DNA of 64,000 nt, taken from assembly GCA_003152075.1 (NCBI GenBank), contig PLZG01000064.1, positions 31 through 64,030 of the forward strand, given 5' to 3'. The translations under genes and the position numbers were made by a program. Shown in pieces: positions 1 to 9,349 of the stretch (within the stretch, counting starts at the first letter, position 1; each line of letters opens with the position of its first letter). Source of the stretch: a candidate division FCPU426 bacterium. Its GTDB lineage: Bacteria > Oederibacteriota > Muellerivitia > Muellerivitales > Muellerivitaceae. The notes under the pieces were generated by a model, which had not been told where the DNA came from, did no database searches, and was given only the letters and a program-made list of their open reading frames with translations.

Positions 1-422
1 CTGAGGAGGCCAACGAGATTATCAAGAAGGAAGATATCAAGCACTTTACGGATGGGTTGGATCACAAGAAGGATGACCTTTTCACAATCCATTACCCAGT
101 GACTATCAGCCAATCCCTTGTGGAGTGGGGAGAAGACGGAACTAATCTCAAATCCATCCTAACGGTGGCGGACAAGGGTCTTTACGACGCTAAAGACAAT
201 GGAAGGAACACGGTTTTCTATAAGGGAACACCTCGGAGTGTTGGAGTAAAGCCCATCAAGTACACCCCGGAAATGCTCGAAATTCTCCACAACCATTCCC
301 TCAAGAAAGGTTCCACCGATTGGTGGGCCTACAAGAAGGCAGTTGGGGAAAAGGGAAGTGCGGAAGCTTTGGAGTTCGCGAGGAACACCCTGAGCGAAAA
401 GGAGGCTCCCAAGAAAAAGTAG
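1..422 (+). CDS. GGDEF-domain protein, C-terminal fragment (5' end lies outside the window)
   Basis: The reading frame of ORF 57..422 is open back to base 1. The motif ILTVADKGLYDAKDNGRNTVFY matches the conserved C-terminal helix of GGDEF diguanylate cyclases (AD.ALY.AK..GRN.V). Confidence 0.4.
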   Translation, partial: EEANEIIKKEDIKHFTDGLDHKKDDLFTIHYPVTISQSLVEWGEDGTNLKSILTVADKGLYDAKDNGRNTVFYKGTPRSVGVKPIKYTPEMLEILHNHSLKKGSTDWWAYKKAVGEKGSAEALEFARNTLSEKEAPKKK

Positions 423-458
423 TGTTTTGGGAAGTTAAATCATTAAAGGAGGAAGCAA

Positions 459-755
459 ATGGCTTTAAAGATCAATGTTACGAGGATGTACCCCTATGAA
501 GGGGAAAACACAAAGGCGTTTTTCGACGTGAAGGTAGCTCTGTCTGGTTATGAGTTTTACTTCAATGACCTGACTTTAGTGAAGAAGAAGGAGGGGGATG
601 GGTTGTTTATTGGTTTTCCTTCCCGCCCTGGCAAAAAGGAAGGGGATTATTTCCACTTTTGTAATGCCAACAAGAAGGCCAAGGAAGAGATCGAAAAGGC
701 GGCTGTGGTGGAATTCAAGAAGAAGACAAAAACCAAGGAATCCGCCCCGGCTTAG
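459..755 (+). CDS. spoVG: SpoVG-family protein
   Basis: 98 aa with a strong RBS (aaaggagg) 7 nt upstream. MALKINVTRMYPYEGENTKAFFDVKV...GLFIGFPSRPGKKEGDYFHF follows the SpoVG pattern (M.ITDVR..., KAFASV..., GLFVAMPS+...DGEFRDI). Confidence 0.55.
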   Translation: MALKINVTRMYPYEGENTKAFFDVKVALSGYEFYFNDLTLVKKKEGDGLFIGFPSRPGKKEGDYFHFCNANKKAKEEIEKAAVVEFKKKTKTKESAPA

Positions 756-787
756 GATTAACGCAAACCGTTTTTAGGGAGAAGCCG

Positions 788-1060
788 ATGGATAGAAGAA
801 AACCAGACCGAAGAAACCGAAACCAGGATCACCTCTTGACCGACAATCAAGTGGCTGAAATGGCTAGTGTCTCCGTAAGGACGGTTAGGTATTGGCGCTT
901 GGCCGGGGTTCTTCCATCGGTAAAGGTTGGGCGTCATCCGAGGATTTGGATGTCTGTTTTTCAAAAGGTCTTTCATAAGCCCGATGCAGAAGGCCCTTGG
1001 GAATTGGCAAAAAAGAATGATAAAATGCCAAGTGCTAGGGGCATTAGGAGGAAGCAATGA
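788..1060 (+). CDS. Excisionase/MerR-like helix-turn-helix DNA-binding protein (Xis-like)
   Basis: 90 aa. LTDNQVAEMASVSVRTVRYWRLAGVLPSVKVGRHPRI is a typical phage excisionase-type HTH. Its stop overlaps the integrase start codon (ATGA). Confidence 0.5.
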   Translation: MDRRKPDRRNRNQDHLLTDNQVAEMASVSVRTVRYWRLAGVLPSVKVGRHPRIWMSVFQKVFHKPDAEGPWELAKKNDKMPSARGIRRKQ

Positions 1061-2142
1061 GTAAACCTAATGTTCATGGATTGCCCCAACATCTTAGAAA
1101 AGATAAGGGGGGATATTACCTGGATTTTCTAGTCCAGGAAGAAGGAGTAAGGAAGCGGAAAAGAGTACGATTGGGGCTTATCCCTTTGGAGAAAGCAAAA
1201 AGGGTTTTGTCCCAACACATGCAGGCCATCGTTGAAGAAAGGTATCTTGAGGACACGAAACCAAAGATAACCTTCACCGAAGCCGCAGACGCTTTTTTAG
1301 CTTATTCCGAATCCAGAAAGAAAAGCTTTTATCAGGACAAGATGTATGTCAGAAATCTCAAGGCGTTTTTTGGAGATAGAACTCTTGAGAGTTTGAATCT
1401 TGATCTTGTTGAAAGTTATGTGAACTGGAGAAGGAAGGACGGTAACAAACGGGGAGCGGAATTGGGGCCAGCATCCATCAATCGTGACTTGGCTTGTTTA
1501 AAGACCCTTGTTAGAAGGGCTCAATTGAACAGGCAGATTGACAGGAATCCACTTGATGGGATTAAGCTCTTCAAGGAAATTCCAAGGGATACAACCTTGA
1601 AACCGGAGGAATACCAAAAACTTATTGAACATTGTCCCGTTCACCTTAAACCAATGGTTGAGTTGGCTTATTTTACGGCTATGAGGAAAGGCGAGATTTT
1701 CGGACTTAAATGGCAACAAGTTGATTTTCAAAATGGGGTAATCATTCTTGAGGCGGAAGAAACTAAGACTCAGGAGAAGAGAGAAATACCCATTGATGAA
1801 AACCTGAAATCGACCCTCAGGCGTATTCCAAAGACTCTTGGCTGTCCTTATGTTTTTAATTACCGAGGAAAGAAATTCACGGATTGCAGGAACGCCTTCG
1901 AGCGCGCGCGCTTGAAAGCGGGATTGGGAAACTTCCATTTCCATGACCTGCGACATTGTGCGGTAACTAATATGCGGAAAGCGGGGGTACCTGAAGGGGT
2001 GATTATGAGTGTCAGCGGCCATAAGACAAACGCGGTCTTTCGGAGATATGACCAGATTGACCGGGGTGACCGTAAAGAGGCTATGGCAAAGGTAAGAAGC
2101 TTCAATGACACGAATAAGACACGAACCGGAGGGGCTGGTTAA
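1057..2142 (+). CDS. Tyrosine-type site-specific recombinase / phage integrase
   Basis: 361 aa. It has an N-terminal SAM-like core-binding region and a C-terminal catalytic domain with HDLRHCAVTNMRKAGV...GHKTNAVFRRYDQ (the R..H-x-x-R..Y catalytic signature). Confidence 0.85.
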   Translation: MSKPNVHGLPQHLRKDKGGYYLDFLVQEEGVRKRKRVRLGLIPLEKAKRVLSQHMQAIVEERYLEDTKPKITFTEAADAFLAYSESRKKSFYQDKMYVRNLKAFFGDRTLESLNLDLVESYVNWRRKDGNKRGAELGPASINRDLACLKTLVRRAQLNRQIDRNPLDGIKLFKEIPRDTTLKPEEYQKLIEHCPVHLKPMVELAYFTAMRKGEIFGLKWQQVDFQNGVIILEAEETKTQEKREIPIDENLKSTLRRIPKTLGCPYVFNYRGKKFTDCRNAFERARLKAGLGNFHFHDLRHCAVTNMRKAGVPEGVIMSVSGHKTNAVFRRYDQIDRGDRKEAMAKVRSFNDTNKTRTGGAG

Positions 2143-2435
2143 AGATTCCAAAGACTCGTATAAGACTCGGAGGGTCTTTCAAGCAAGGTAAGGTGATTGG
2201 GTTGGGAAGTTTTTTAATAGTTGATGTTAAGAAAAGCAGGGTATACAAAGGCTTTTTTACAGAATTACTAAAAGACCACTTCGAAGATGAAGCGGCAAAA
2301 TTTGCCCGAAACAAAAGTCTCAAAATCACCCGTTAAAAAGCATGGCCGGAAAGGGTTTCCCCGGAAGCGGGTTTTGACTTTCCCATGCCAGGCTCCAATG
2401 AGCCATGTTTTTGCGGGTTCTTTTGATTCTCCCCA

Positions 2436-2478
2436 ACAAAAGCCTTTTCTCTTTAGAGAAAGGGCTTTTTGCTTTTAA
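2436..2478 (+). terminator. Hairpin followed by a T-run (candidate rho-independent terminator)
   Basis: aaaagccttttctctttagagaaagggctttttgctttt is an inverted repeat followed by a T-rich tract, lying in the noncoding stretch after the integrase. Confidence 0.3.
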
Positions 2479-2649
2479 GATATAACCGATGTTGTTCATT
2501 GAATACGGTTTTTGAGGTGGGGGGCTTGTCCACGACGGGGAGGTGTAATGGACAGGTGGACAATGGGAGTGCAACCGATGGCTAATTCGTCCCTTTCCAA
2601 AAAAGGGGTTTGGGGGGAATATAGTTAAAACCATCCCTCAGGAGCGGTC

Positions 2650-3543
2650 TTGAAAACAAAAGTACCCAGCCTCAAGGTCCTCGTCACTGGAGTTACGGCC
2701 GACCCTCCGGGCGCGACTTATGGACCCCGGTTAGCCAATAATTACGAATTGATATGGATCATGGAGGGGGAGGTCAATGCGACCTTTGGCCGGACGCTGA
2801 TCCAGGGTAAAGAAGGAACGATTCTCTTCCGTTATCCCGGGGTCAGGGATTATTACGAATGGTCCAAACGGGGCCGAACGGTCCACGCCTATGTTCAATT
2901 CGAGGTCCCCAAGACAAACGGATTTGAGATCCCTCAAAAAGGAGTCCCCCTGTTCCGGCACCTGCCGCCGAATGATGTGCTCAGGCCCCTGTTCGGTTAT
3001 TTCTTGAGGTTGGATGAGTTGAAAGGCAAAAAAGTAAACGATTTGATGATCGCGACCCTTGGGTTGATGTTGAACAGTTATTTTTTGGGAAAGATCGAGA
3101 TCAAAACCCTGCTGCCATCCCAATTTCCCGAATTGGTCGAAAGAACGATCGAATTCATCACACGTCATAACGAGGAAGACCCGACGGGGAAATTGAACCT
3201 GACCGAATTATCCAGGTTGGTGCATTCCTCACCCGAAAATTTGTGCCGTCTTTTCCAAAAGAACCTTCAATTGGGCCCCCTGGAGTACGTCAAAATGCTT
3301 CGGTTGGACCGGGCGGCTAATCTATTGCGTCGCTCTAACCAAAGTCTTAAGGAAGTTGCGGCCCAGACCGGGTTTTATGATTCCTTCCATCTATCCAAGA
3401 GCTTCAAGAAGGTTTATGGCCTTTCTCCAAAGGATTTCAGGGTATCCCCCTTCAATGAATGGATCTGTCAAAAAAACCCAATTATCCGCACCCTTTACAG
3501 CCGGTCGGACCTCAAGGCCTTGACCGCTTCCCAAACCAGTTAG
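2650..3543 (+). CDS. AraC-family transcriptional regulator (cupin sensor + HTH)
   Basis: The C-terminal region LTELSRLVHSSPENLCRLFQKNLQLGPLEYVKMLRLDRAANLLRRSNQSLKEVAAQTGFYDSFHLSKSFKKVYGLSP is a canonical AraC HTH_18. The ORF begins with TTG, and ATG at 2761 is a possible alternative start. Confidence 0.8.
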   Translation: MKTKVPSLKVLVTGVTADPPGATYGPRLANNYELIWIMEGEVNATFGRTLIQGKEGTILFRYPGVRDYYEWSKRGRTVHAYVQFEVPKTNGFEIPQKGVPLFRHLPPNDVLRPLFGYFLRLDELKGKKVNDLMIATLGLMLNSYFLGKIEIKTLLPSQFPELVERTIEFITRHNEEDPTGKLNLTELSRLVHSSPENLCRLFQKNLQLGPLEYVKMLRLDRAANLLRRSNQSLKEVAAQTGFYDSFHLSKSFKKVYGLSPKDFRVSPFNEWICQKNPIIRTLYSRSDLKALTASQTS

Positions 3544-3705
3544 AAAAAAGCTGAATCTCGGCTACATTCCCTTTCTTGAGACCATCAAAATCCTCTATCC
3601 ATTCGTCAGTCCTGTACATGGCCTAATATCCAATACCCGATAAACTGAAGCTGATAAGAGCCGTCCTTGCAGGGTCGGCTCAAAACAATTTTAGCGGGAT
3701 GGCTT

Positions 3706-6669
3706 ATGAAAACTGAAATCCAGAAAAAATCAAAAAGCCGGAGCTTTCTTTCGGCCTTTTACAGTCGTCTTAACTTTTTCTTGCCCGCCTTCGTCCTCGG
3801 GGGGCTTTGGGCTCCGGTTTGGGCCGCGCCGCCCCCCGGTTACAATCTGGTCTGGAGTGATGAGTTCAACGGAGCGGTCGGCAGCGCCCCCAACCCCTCT
3901 AATTGGACCTATGACACTGGCGCCGGTGGATGGGGAAACAATGAACTGGAAAATTACACCAACAGCACGGCGAACGCAAGGATCGTCGCCGATCCTAACG
4001 CCACCGACGGCGAAGCTTTGGCCATCATCGCCATCGACACCCAGCCCGGCAATACCAATTACAGTCAAGCGGGCCGTTATACTTCCGCCCGGTTAAAGAC
4101 CCAGGGTCTTCAAAGTTTTCAATATGGTTATATGGAGGCCCGAATCCAGATGCCCTATGGCGACGGGATCTGGCCGGCTTTCTGGATGCTGGGCAATAAC
4201 ATCACCACGGTCAGTTGGCCCGCCTGCGGTGAGATGGACATCATGGAAAATATCGGGAACGCCGCGGACCAACCGGTCAATCACGGCTCCCTCCACGCCC
4301 CCAACTGGAACCCCACCGGAACCTACACCCTGCCGGGCGCCCAGCTTTACCACACGGCCTACCACACCTTCGGTCTTCTTTGGCAGCCGAACCAGGTCCA
4401 GTTCTACGTGGACGGCACGCTTTTTGAGACCCAGACCTCCGCGAATTGCTCCAGCGCGGGCGGCACCTGGGAGTTCAATAATAACTTTTTCTTCTTGCTC
4501 AACATGGCAGTGGGGGGCAGCTGGCCCGGCTCGCCCGACGCCAGTACTCCCTTCCCGCAGACCATGTTGGTGGATTATGTGAGGGCCTATCAACTATCCT
4601 CGGGAACGGCCACCCCCACGCCGACCCCGGTGGTGTCTTCTACTTGGCGGGTGAACGCGGGCGGTCCCCAATACGCCGACAGCCAGGGAAATGTCTGGAG
4701 CGCGGACGAGAACTATACGGGAGGCACCGCGGCTGTGACAAACAGCACCATCACGGGAGCCTTGCCGGGCGCGGGAGACCAAAGCCTTTATCAGACCCAG
4801 CGGTATGGGAACCCTTTTTCTTACGTCTTCAATGTGCCGGCCGGATCCTATCAGGTGACCCTTAAATTCGCCGAAACCTATTGGACCGCCGTGGGTCAGA
4901 GGGTCTTCAATGTTTCCATCAATGGAAATACTGTCCTTAATAACTTCGACATCTTCCAGACCGCCGGGGGACAGGACAAGGCGATCGACGAAGTGTTCAA
5001 CAATATCAGCCCGTCCGGAGGGGCGATTACTATTCAGTTTGGGCCAGCATCGGCGGATAACGCGGTTGTTCAAGCCATTCAAATTATTCCACAGCCCGCC
5101 ACAGCTACGCCGACTTATACAACGACCAATACCAGAACCAATACGCCAACCTATACGTTCACCAATACGAAAACGAATACTCCTGTCCCGCCTACCAATA
5201 CCCCAACCTTCACGTCCATCTCTACCAATACGGGAACATCCACCTTTACCCGGACCAATACTTCGACCAATACGGCTACCTCCACCAACACCCCGGTGAA
5301 TACCTTTACGTTCACCTCAACTTCCACCAATACGGGAACACCCACCTTTACCCGGACGAACACCTCGACCAACACAGCCACTTCCACCAACACCCCGGTG
5401 AACACCTTTACGTTCACTTCAACCTCCACCAATACGGGAACATCCACCTTTACCCGGACCAATACTTCGACCAATACGGCTACCTTCACCAACACCCCGG
5501 TAAACACCTTCACAGCAACTTCAACCGCCACCAATACCGGAACCCCAACCTTCACCCAAACGAACACCTCGACCAATACCCATACGGCCACTTTCACCAA
5601 CACGCTGACTTCAACGCCGACTTTTACCCGGACCTCCACGAACACCCCTACCAATACTGGAACCTCCACCAATACCCCGACAGGAACCGTTCCTCCGACC
5701 AATACCCCCACTTCAACGGGAACGTCCACTCATACTTCAACTTCCACAAACACGCCCATCAATACCAATACCTTCACGAATACCCCGACCTTTACAAACA
5801 CGAACACCTTCACCAATACCCTGACTCATACCAATACCTTTACGAATACCTTCACATACACCCCGACCAACACCTTCACGCCAACCATAACCAACACGCC
5901 AACCAACACCCCTGTCATTACCAACACTTCCAACAATACACCGACAAAGACCAACACCCCAACTTATACCAATACGAATACGCCGACCTTCACGAACACC
6001 AGCACCTTCACCAATACTTTGACCAACACGAACACCTTTACGAATACCTTCACGCTCATTTTCACCCCAACCGTCACCAATACACCTACCAACACCCCGG
6101 TGATGACGAATACCCCCACCAATACCCCAACCAACTCCTTTACCCTCACGAACACCAATACCTTTACCCATACCACCACCAATACTTTTACCCCCACCCC
6201 GACCAAGACTCCTACCAACGTCGCCACGAGCACGGTGACGAACACGCCTACCTTCACGAATAGTTTTACCGCCACTTACACACCAACAGTTAAATCTACT
6301 TTCACTTTCACGGGAACACCTACCAGAACCTTTACGCGCACCGAAACCCCGGCGGTGACGCCGATCTTTAAGGCTACTTTCGAGCCAGAGGCATGGGTTT
6401 ATCCGCCGTTCCCCAATCCGTCGAATGGAAAACCCATCACCTTCAGCGTGCAAGTGCCAAGACAATCGGCGGTGACGATGGATGTGTTCACGTTGGGGTT
6501 CAGGAAGATCGTCAGCCAGACGTTGGAGGCCTACGGCAAGCGGACCTTCGAGTGGGACTTGAAGGATGTCTCAGGGGTTCAGGTGGCGAACGGACTTTAT
6601 TACGTCCGCGTCCATGTGGCAGGAGCCATTTCAACCACTCAAATTCTCAAAGTGATGATCCTGCGGTGA
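3706..6669 (+). CDS. Secreted GH16 beta-1,3(4)-glucanase (laminarinase) with malectin-like module, Thr-rich linker and T9SS-type C-terminal domain
   Basis: A signal peptide (MKTEIQKKSKSRSFL...WAPVWAAPP) follows ATG 3706, and the ORF is open from 3667. GH16 motifs are WSDEFNG and the catalytic GEMDIMEN (ExDxxE). A malectin-like module is present (WRVNAGGPQYADSQGNVWSADENYTGG...QRVFNVSINGNTVLNNFDIF). The linker is about 420 aa of TNTPT-type repeats. The C terminus PPFPNPSNGKPITFSVQV...GLYYVRVHVAGAISTTQILKVMILR resembles the Por/T9SS C-terminal sorting domain. Confidence 0.85.
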   Translation: MKTEIQKKSKSRSFLSAFYSRLNFFLPAFVLGGLWAPVWAAPPPGYNLVWSDEFNGAVGSAPNPSNWTYDTGAGGWGNNELENYTNSTANARIVADPNATDGEALAIIAIDTQPGNTNYSQAGRYTSARLKTQGLQSFQYGYMEARIQMPYGDGIWPAFWMLGNNITTVSWPACGEMDIMENIGNAADQPVNHGSLHAPNWNPTGTYTLPGAQLYHTAYHTFGLLWQPNQVQFYVDGTLFETQTSANCSSAGGTWEFNNNFFFLLNMAVGGSWPGSPDASTPFPQTMLVDYVRAYQLSSGTATPTPTPVVSSTWRVNAGGPQYADSQGNVWSADENYTGGTAAVTNSTITGALPGAGDQSLYQTQRYGNPFSYVFNVPAGSYQVTLKFAETYWTAVGQRVFNVSINGNTVLNNFDIFQTAGGQDKAIDEVFNNISPSGGAITIQFGPASADNAVVQAIQIIPQPATATPTYTTTNTRTNTPTYTFTNTKTNTPVPPTNTPTFTSISTNTGTSTFTRTNTSTNTATSTNTPVNTFTFTSTSTNTGTPTFTRTNTSTNTATSTNTPVNTFTFTSTSTNTGTSTFTRTNTSTNTATFTNTPVNTFTATSTATNTGTPTFTQTNTSTNTHTATFTNTLTSTPTFTRTSTNTPTNTGTSTNTPTGTVPPTNTPTSTGTSTHTSTSTNTPINTNTFTNTPTFTNTNTFTNTLTHTNTFTNTFTYTPTNTFTPTITNTPTNTPVITNTSNNTPTKTNTPTYTNTNTPTFTNTSTFTNTLTNTNTFTNTFTLIFTPTVTNTPTNTPVMTNTPTNTPTNSFTLTNTNTFTHTTTNTFTPTPTKTPTNVATSTVTNTPTFTNSFTATYTPTVKSTFTFTGTPTRTFTRTETPAVTPIFKATFEPEAWVYPPFPNPSNGKPITFSVQVPRQSAVTMDVFTLGFRKIVSQTLEAYGKRTFEWDLKDVSGVQVANGLYYVRVHVAGAISTTQILKVMILR
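5095..6360 (+). repeat. Coding tandem repeats (Thr-rich linker, ~102-nt unit TNTGTPTFTRTNTSTNTATSTNTPVNTFTFTSTS)
   Basis: Direct nucleotide-level repetition is seen. The 5140-5770 portion is nearly identical to 10530-11350 in the GH18 gene. Confidence 0.85.
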
Positions 6670-6699
6670 TCGTTTAGTTGACCGGTCAAATCCTATTGG

Positions 6700-7077
6700 A
6701 TGGGGAGGGGGGAAATGCCGAATACAAAAATAGCCATTAACCGTAGGGATAACCCCCGGGTTTCGATCAAGATCCCCGTTAATTTTTTTCCGGCAGAAGA
6801 TAAAAAATTCCCCAAAAAGATGGAGGATTGGCGCGAATCCAAGAAATGTGGATTCACTCGTGACCTGAGCGCTGGCGGCATGCAGCTTGTCGCGGACTAT
6901 CACTTGGCGGTCGGTAGTGTGTTGGAATTTAAAATTTACATCCTGGACAAGGTGAATGTCGTGACCGTCTATGCCAGGGTGGTGTGGACAAATAAGAATA
7001 GCGCCGGACTTCATTTCCTCCTGATGAAACCCGCCGAAATGGACGCCTTGACGTCTTTCCTTGAAAAGGCTTCTTAA
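6700..7077 (+). CDS. PilZ-domain c-di-GMP-binding protein
   Basis: RRDNPRV (the RxxxR motif) and TRDLSAGGMQL (the D/NxSxxG motif) are present. The likely start is ATG 6715, preceded by ggaggggggaa. Confidence 0.7.
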   Translation: MGRGEMPNTKIAINRRDNPRVSIKIPVNFFPAEDKKFPKKMEDWRESKKCGFTRDLSAGGMQLVADYHLAVGSVLEFKIYILDKVNVVTVYARVVWTNKNSAGLHFLLMKPAEMDALTSFLEKAS

Positions 7078-7171
7078 CGCGACGTTAATAAAGTTTCTAA
7101 CCCGATTTTGACCCCCTGTTAATCCCATCCATCCTTTTGGCAATTCCATCAATTCTTATTAACAATCTTTT

Positions 7172-9256
7172 TTGCGATCATTACGGAACGGGTTGGTCTG
7201 GGGCCGTCTGAACACGCTTCGGGCAAACGATCGCAGGGGCGGAATGAAAATGTTTCCTCACCAAAACTTTCTGAACAAAAGTTTAAATCGATTTCAAACT
7301 AAAATATTTTTAAGTTCCGCGCGTGTTTTCATTTTGATAGCGCTCGGAGGTTGCCTCCCTTTTTTTCCGGCCTCCACGGCCCAAGCCCTGCTCATATCCC
7401 TCAACGGCGGGGAAGTCATGAACTGCCAATTTGTCAATAACACTACGGTGCCAAACAATCAGGTTTACATCTGTGTGCTGGCTAACAATGCCTACCTCAC
7501 TCCGGGCGGAACGATGAACGCCATTGTGCCCGGACAGAACGCCAGCAACTACACCATGACCCTGGCCCAGATCGACTCGTTGAGTCCCGCCGGGCTGCAG
7601 TTCCCGGTGATGGGTTCAGGACGCATGTGGTTTTCTTTTTACTCGCCCCTGAACATGCCTATCGTGGCGGGGCCGGGCATCGTACAGCCCAACATCGGCA
7701 ACCCCTCGGACCCCAACATCAATACCGTCTTCGACTGGATGGAGTTCGACGAGGGCAGCGATTACATTTACTGCAATACCACCCAAGTGAACATGTTCGG
7801 CATTCCCTACACCATGGGTTTGTACAACGTCGGTGGGGGGCTCAACGGCGCCAGCGGCATCGCGGATTGCACCAGCGACATCGTGAACAAGTACAAGGCC
7901 TATATGAATTCCATCCCGGGCGCGTCCATCTTCAACTCCCTGGTGGGGCCGGTGCGCATCGTGGCTCCCGCGGACGGCACTTTCGCGGCGGGCGCGGCCA
8001 ACGGCACTTACTTTGACAGCTATATTTCCCAGCTCTGGACCGAGTACAAATCCACGCCGTTGGTCATCAGCACGGGGGGCAAAAGCTACTCGGGCACCAC
8101 GACGGGCCCGGGAAGCCAGATGACTTTTACCGGCCCGGGTGGGCCTTATCATGTGGGATATCCCACCACGCAGGACGCGCTGGCCGCTTCCGGCGTCTTC
8201 GCCACCGGAAATCCCACGGAGCTGGCGTTGGAAGTGGTGATGGCCGCGGGCATTAACCGCCACGTTCTGGACAACGCCGCCAACCTCAACAACCCCGCGG
8301 CCTTTTATCAAACCGCTCCTTGCAATTATTACTCGGCCTTCTTTCATACGGTCAACCTTAACAACCTAGCCTATGGTTTTCCCTATGACGATGACGACAA
8401 CCAAAGCGACCTGCTGGTCAGCACCAATGCCCGGGCGCTGGCGGTCACTTTCAGCGGCTGCATATCCACGCCCACCAGCACTTTTACGACTTCTCCCACC
8501 CCCACCCGGACCAACAGCCCCACGGCCACATCCACCCTTACCATTTCAAATACGGCCACCCCTACTTCTACCAAAACGGCCACCAACACCGCCACCATGA
8601 CGGATACCAAAACGGCCACTAACAGTGCCACCCATACTCCCACTAGCAGCGCTACCAACACCGCCACCCTGACCGATACCATGACCGCCACATCGACCTC
8701 GACTTCCACTAACACTCCTACCTACACGAATAGCCGCACTCCCACCCATAGCCCCACCACGACCAGTACCAACACCGCCACCCATACGTTGTCCCCTACG
8801 GGAACAAGTACTCCAACGGGCACGCCAGCCGTGACATCGACCCTTACACCCCTAAGAACACCTACCCTCATGTTCACCATGACACCGCCGCCGTCAGCAA
8901 CGGCCACCATTACGCCGGTCAACACCCTTATCAACACCCTGACTCCAACGCCGACGGCTCCAGCGGATGTATTCCGGATTTGCAGGAACGTCTTCAATGA
9001 AACCGTCGACGGGACGGTCTGCATCGCGATTTCATCCGCCCAATATCCCGGTCAGGTGACGTTGAACATTTACAGCTCGGTGGGTGAACACATTAAGACA
9101 TTATTCGATGAAACCTTAACCCATCCGCTGCCGTCGACAATGCTTAATTGGGATGGAACCAACAAGTACGGCCAGAAAGTCGCCAGCGGAGTGTACATCC
9201 TTTACATGATTAAACCTTTTGGCCGGGTGATAGGAAGACTCGCGGTAATTCATTAA
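7172..9256 (+). CDS. Secreted putative beta-1,3-glucanase (GH64-like) with Thr/Ser/Pro linker and C-terminal sorting-type domain
   Basis: The likely start is ATG 7247 (MKMFPHQ... with the signal-peptide-like stretch ARVFILIALGGC). A cysteine-poor thaumatin-like catalytic region ends in NLAYGFPYDDDDNQSDLLVS, which resembles the GH64 C-terminal motif. A TSTP-rich linker spans 8460-8960. The C-terminal domain reads GEHIKTLFDE...GVYILYMIKPFGRVIGRLAVIH. Confidence 0.55.
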   Translation: MRSLRNGLVWGRLNTLRANDRRGGMKMFPHQNFLNKSLNRFQTKIFLSSARVFILIALGGCLPFFPASTAQALLISLNGGEVMNCQFVNNTTVPNNQVYICVLANNAYLTPGGTMNAIVPGQNASNYTMTLAQIDSLSPAGLQFPVMGSGRMWFSFYSPLNMPIVAGPGIVQPNIGNPSDPNINTVFDWMEFDEGSDYIYCNTTQVNMFGIPYTMGLYNVGGGLNGASGIADCTSDIVNKYKAYMNSIPGASIFNSLVGPVRIVAPADGTFAAGAANGTYFDSYISQLWTEYKSTPLVISTGGKSYSGTTTGPGSQMTFTGPGGPYHVGYPTTQDALAASGVFATGNPTELALEVVMAAGINRHVLDNAANLNNPAAFYQTAPCNYYSAFFHTVNLNNLAYGFPYDDDDNQSDLLVSTNARALAVTFSGCISTPTSTFTTSPTPTRTNSPTATSTLTISNTATPTSTKTATNTATMTDTKTATNSATHTPTSSATNTATLTDTMTATSTSTSTNTPTYTNSRTPTHSPTTTSTNTATHTLSPTGTSTPTGTPAVTSTLTPLRTPTLMFTMTPPPSATATITPVNTLINTLTPTPTAPADVFRICRNVFNETVDGTVCIAISSAQYPGQVTLNIYSSVGEHIKTLFDETLTHPLPSTMLNWDGTNKYGQKVASGVYILYMIKPFGRVIGRLAVIH

Positions 9257-9349
9257 GGGAGTTTCAAATATGGGAATGGTGTTCCTAGTCGTCGGGGTGG
9301 TTTTGGTCCAGGGATGGAACCATGCGCGTAATCCTATCGCGGGCTCTCC

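Noticed and set aside
2143-2650. tRNA gene or attachment site adjacent to the integrase.
   Set aside because: No cloverleaf-compatible sequence with an anticodon stem and T-arm GTTC motif was found by eye. This needs tRNAscan to be certain.
5151-6465. Long minus-strand ORFs (192 aa, 242 aa, 103 aa) rich in V/L/E or G/R opposite the GH16 linker. Similar ones lie at 10690-11481 and 8383-9024.
   Set aside because: They are antisense shadows of the Thr-codon tandem repeats (ACN read backwards gives NGT, Val or Gly). They are low-complexity, have no starts with an RBS, and are fully contained within a well-supported plus-strand gene.
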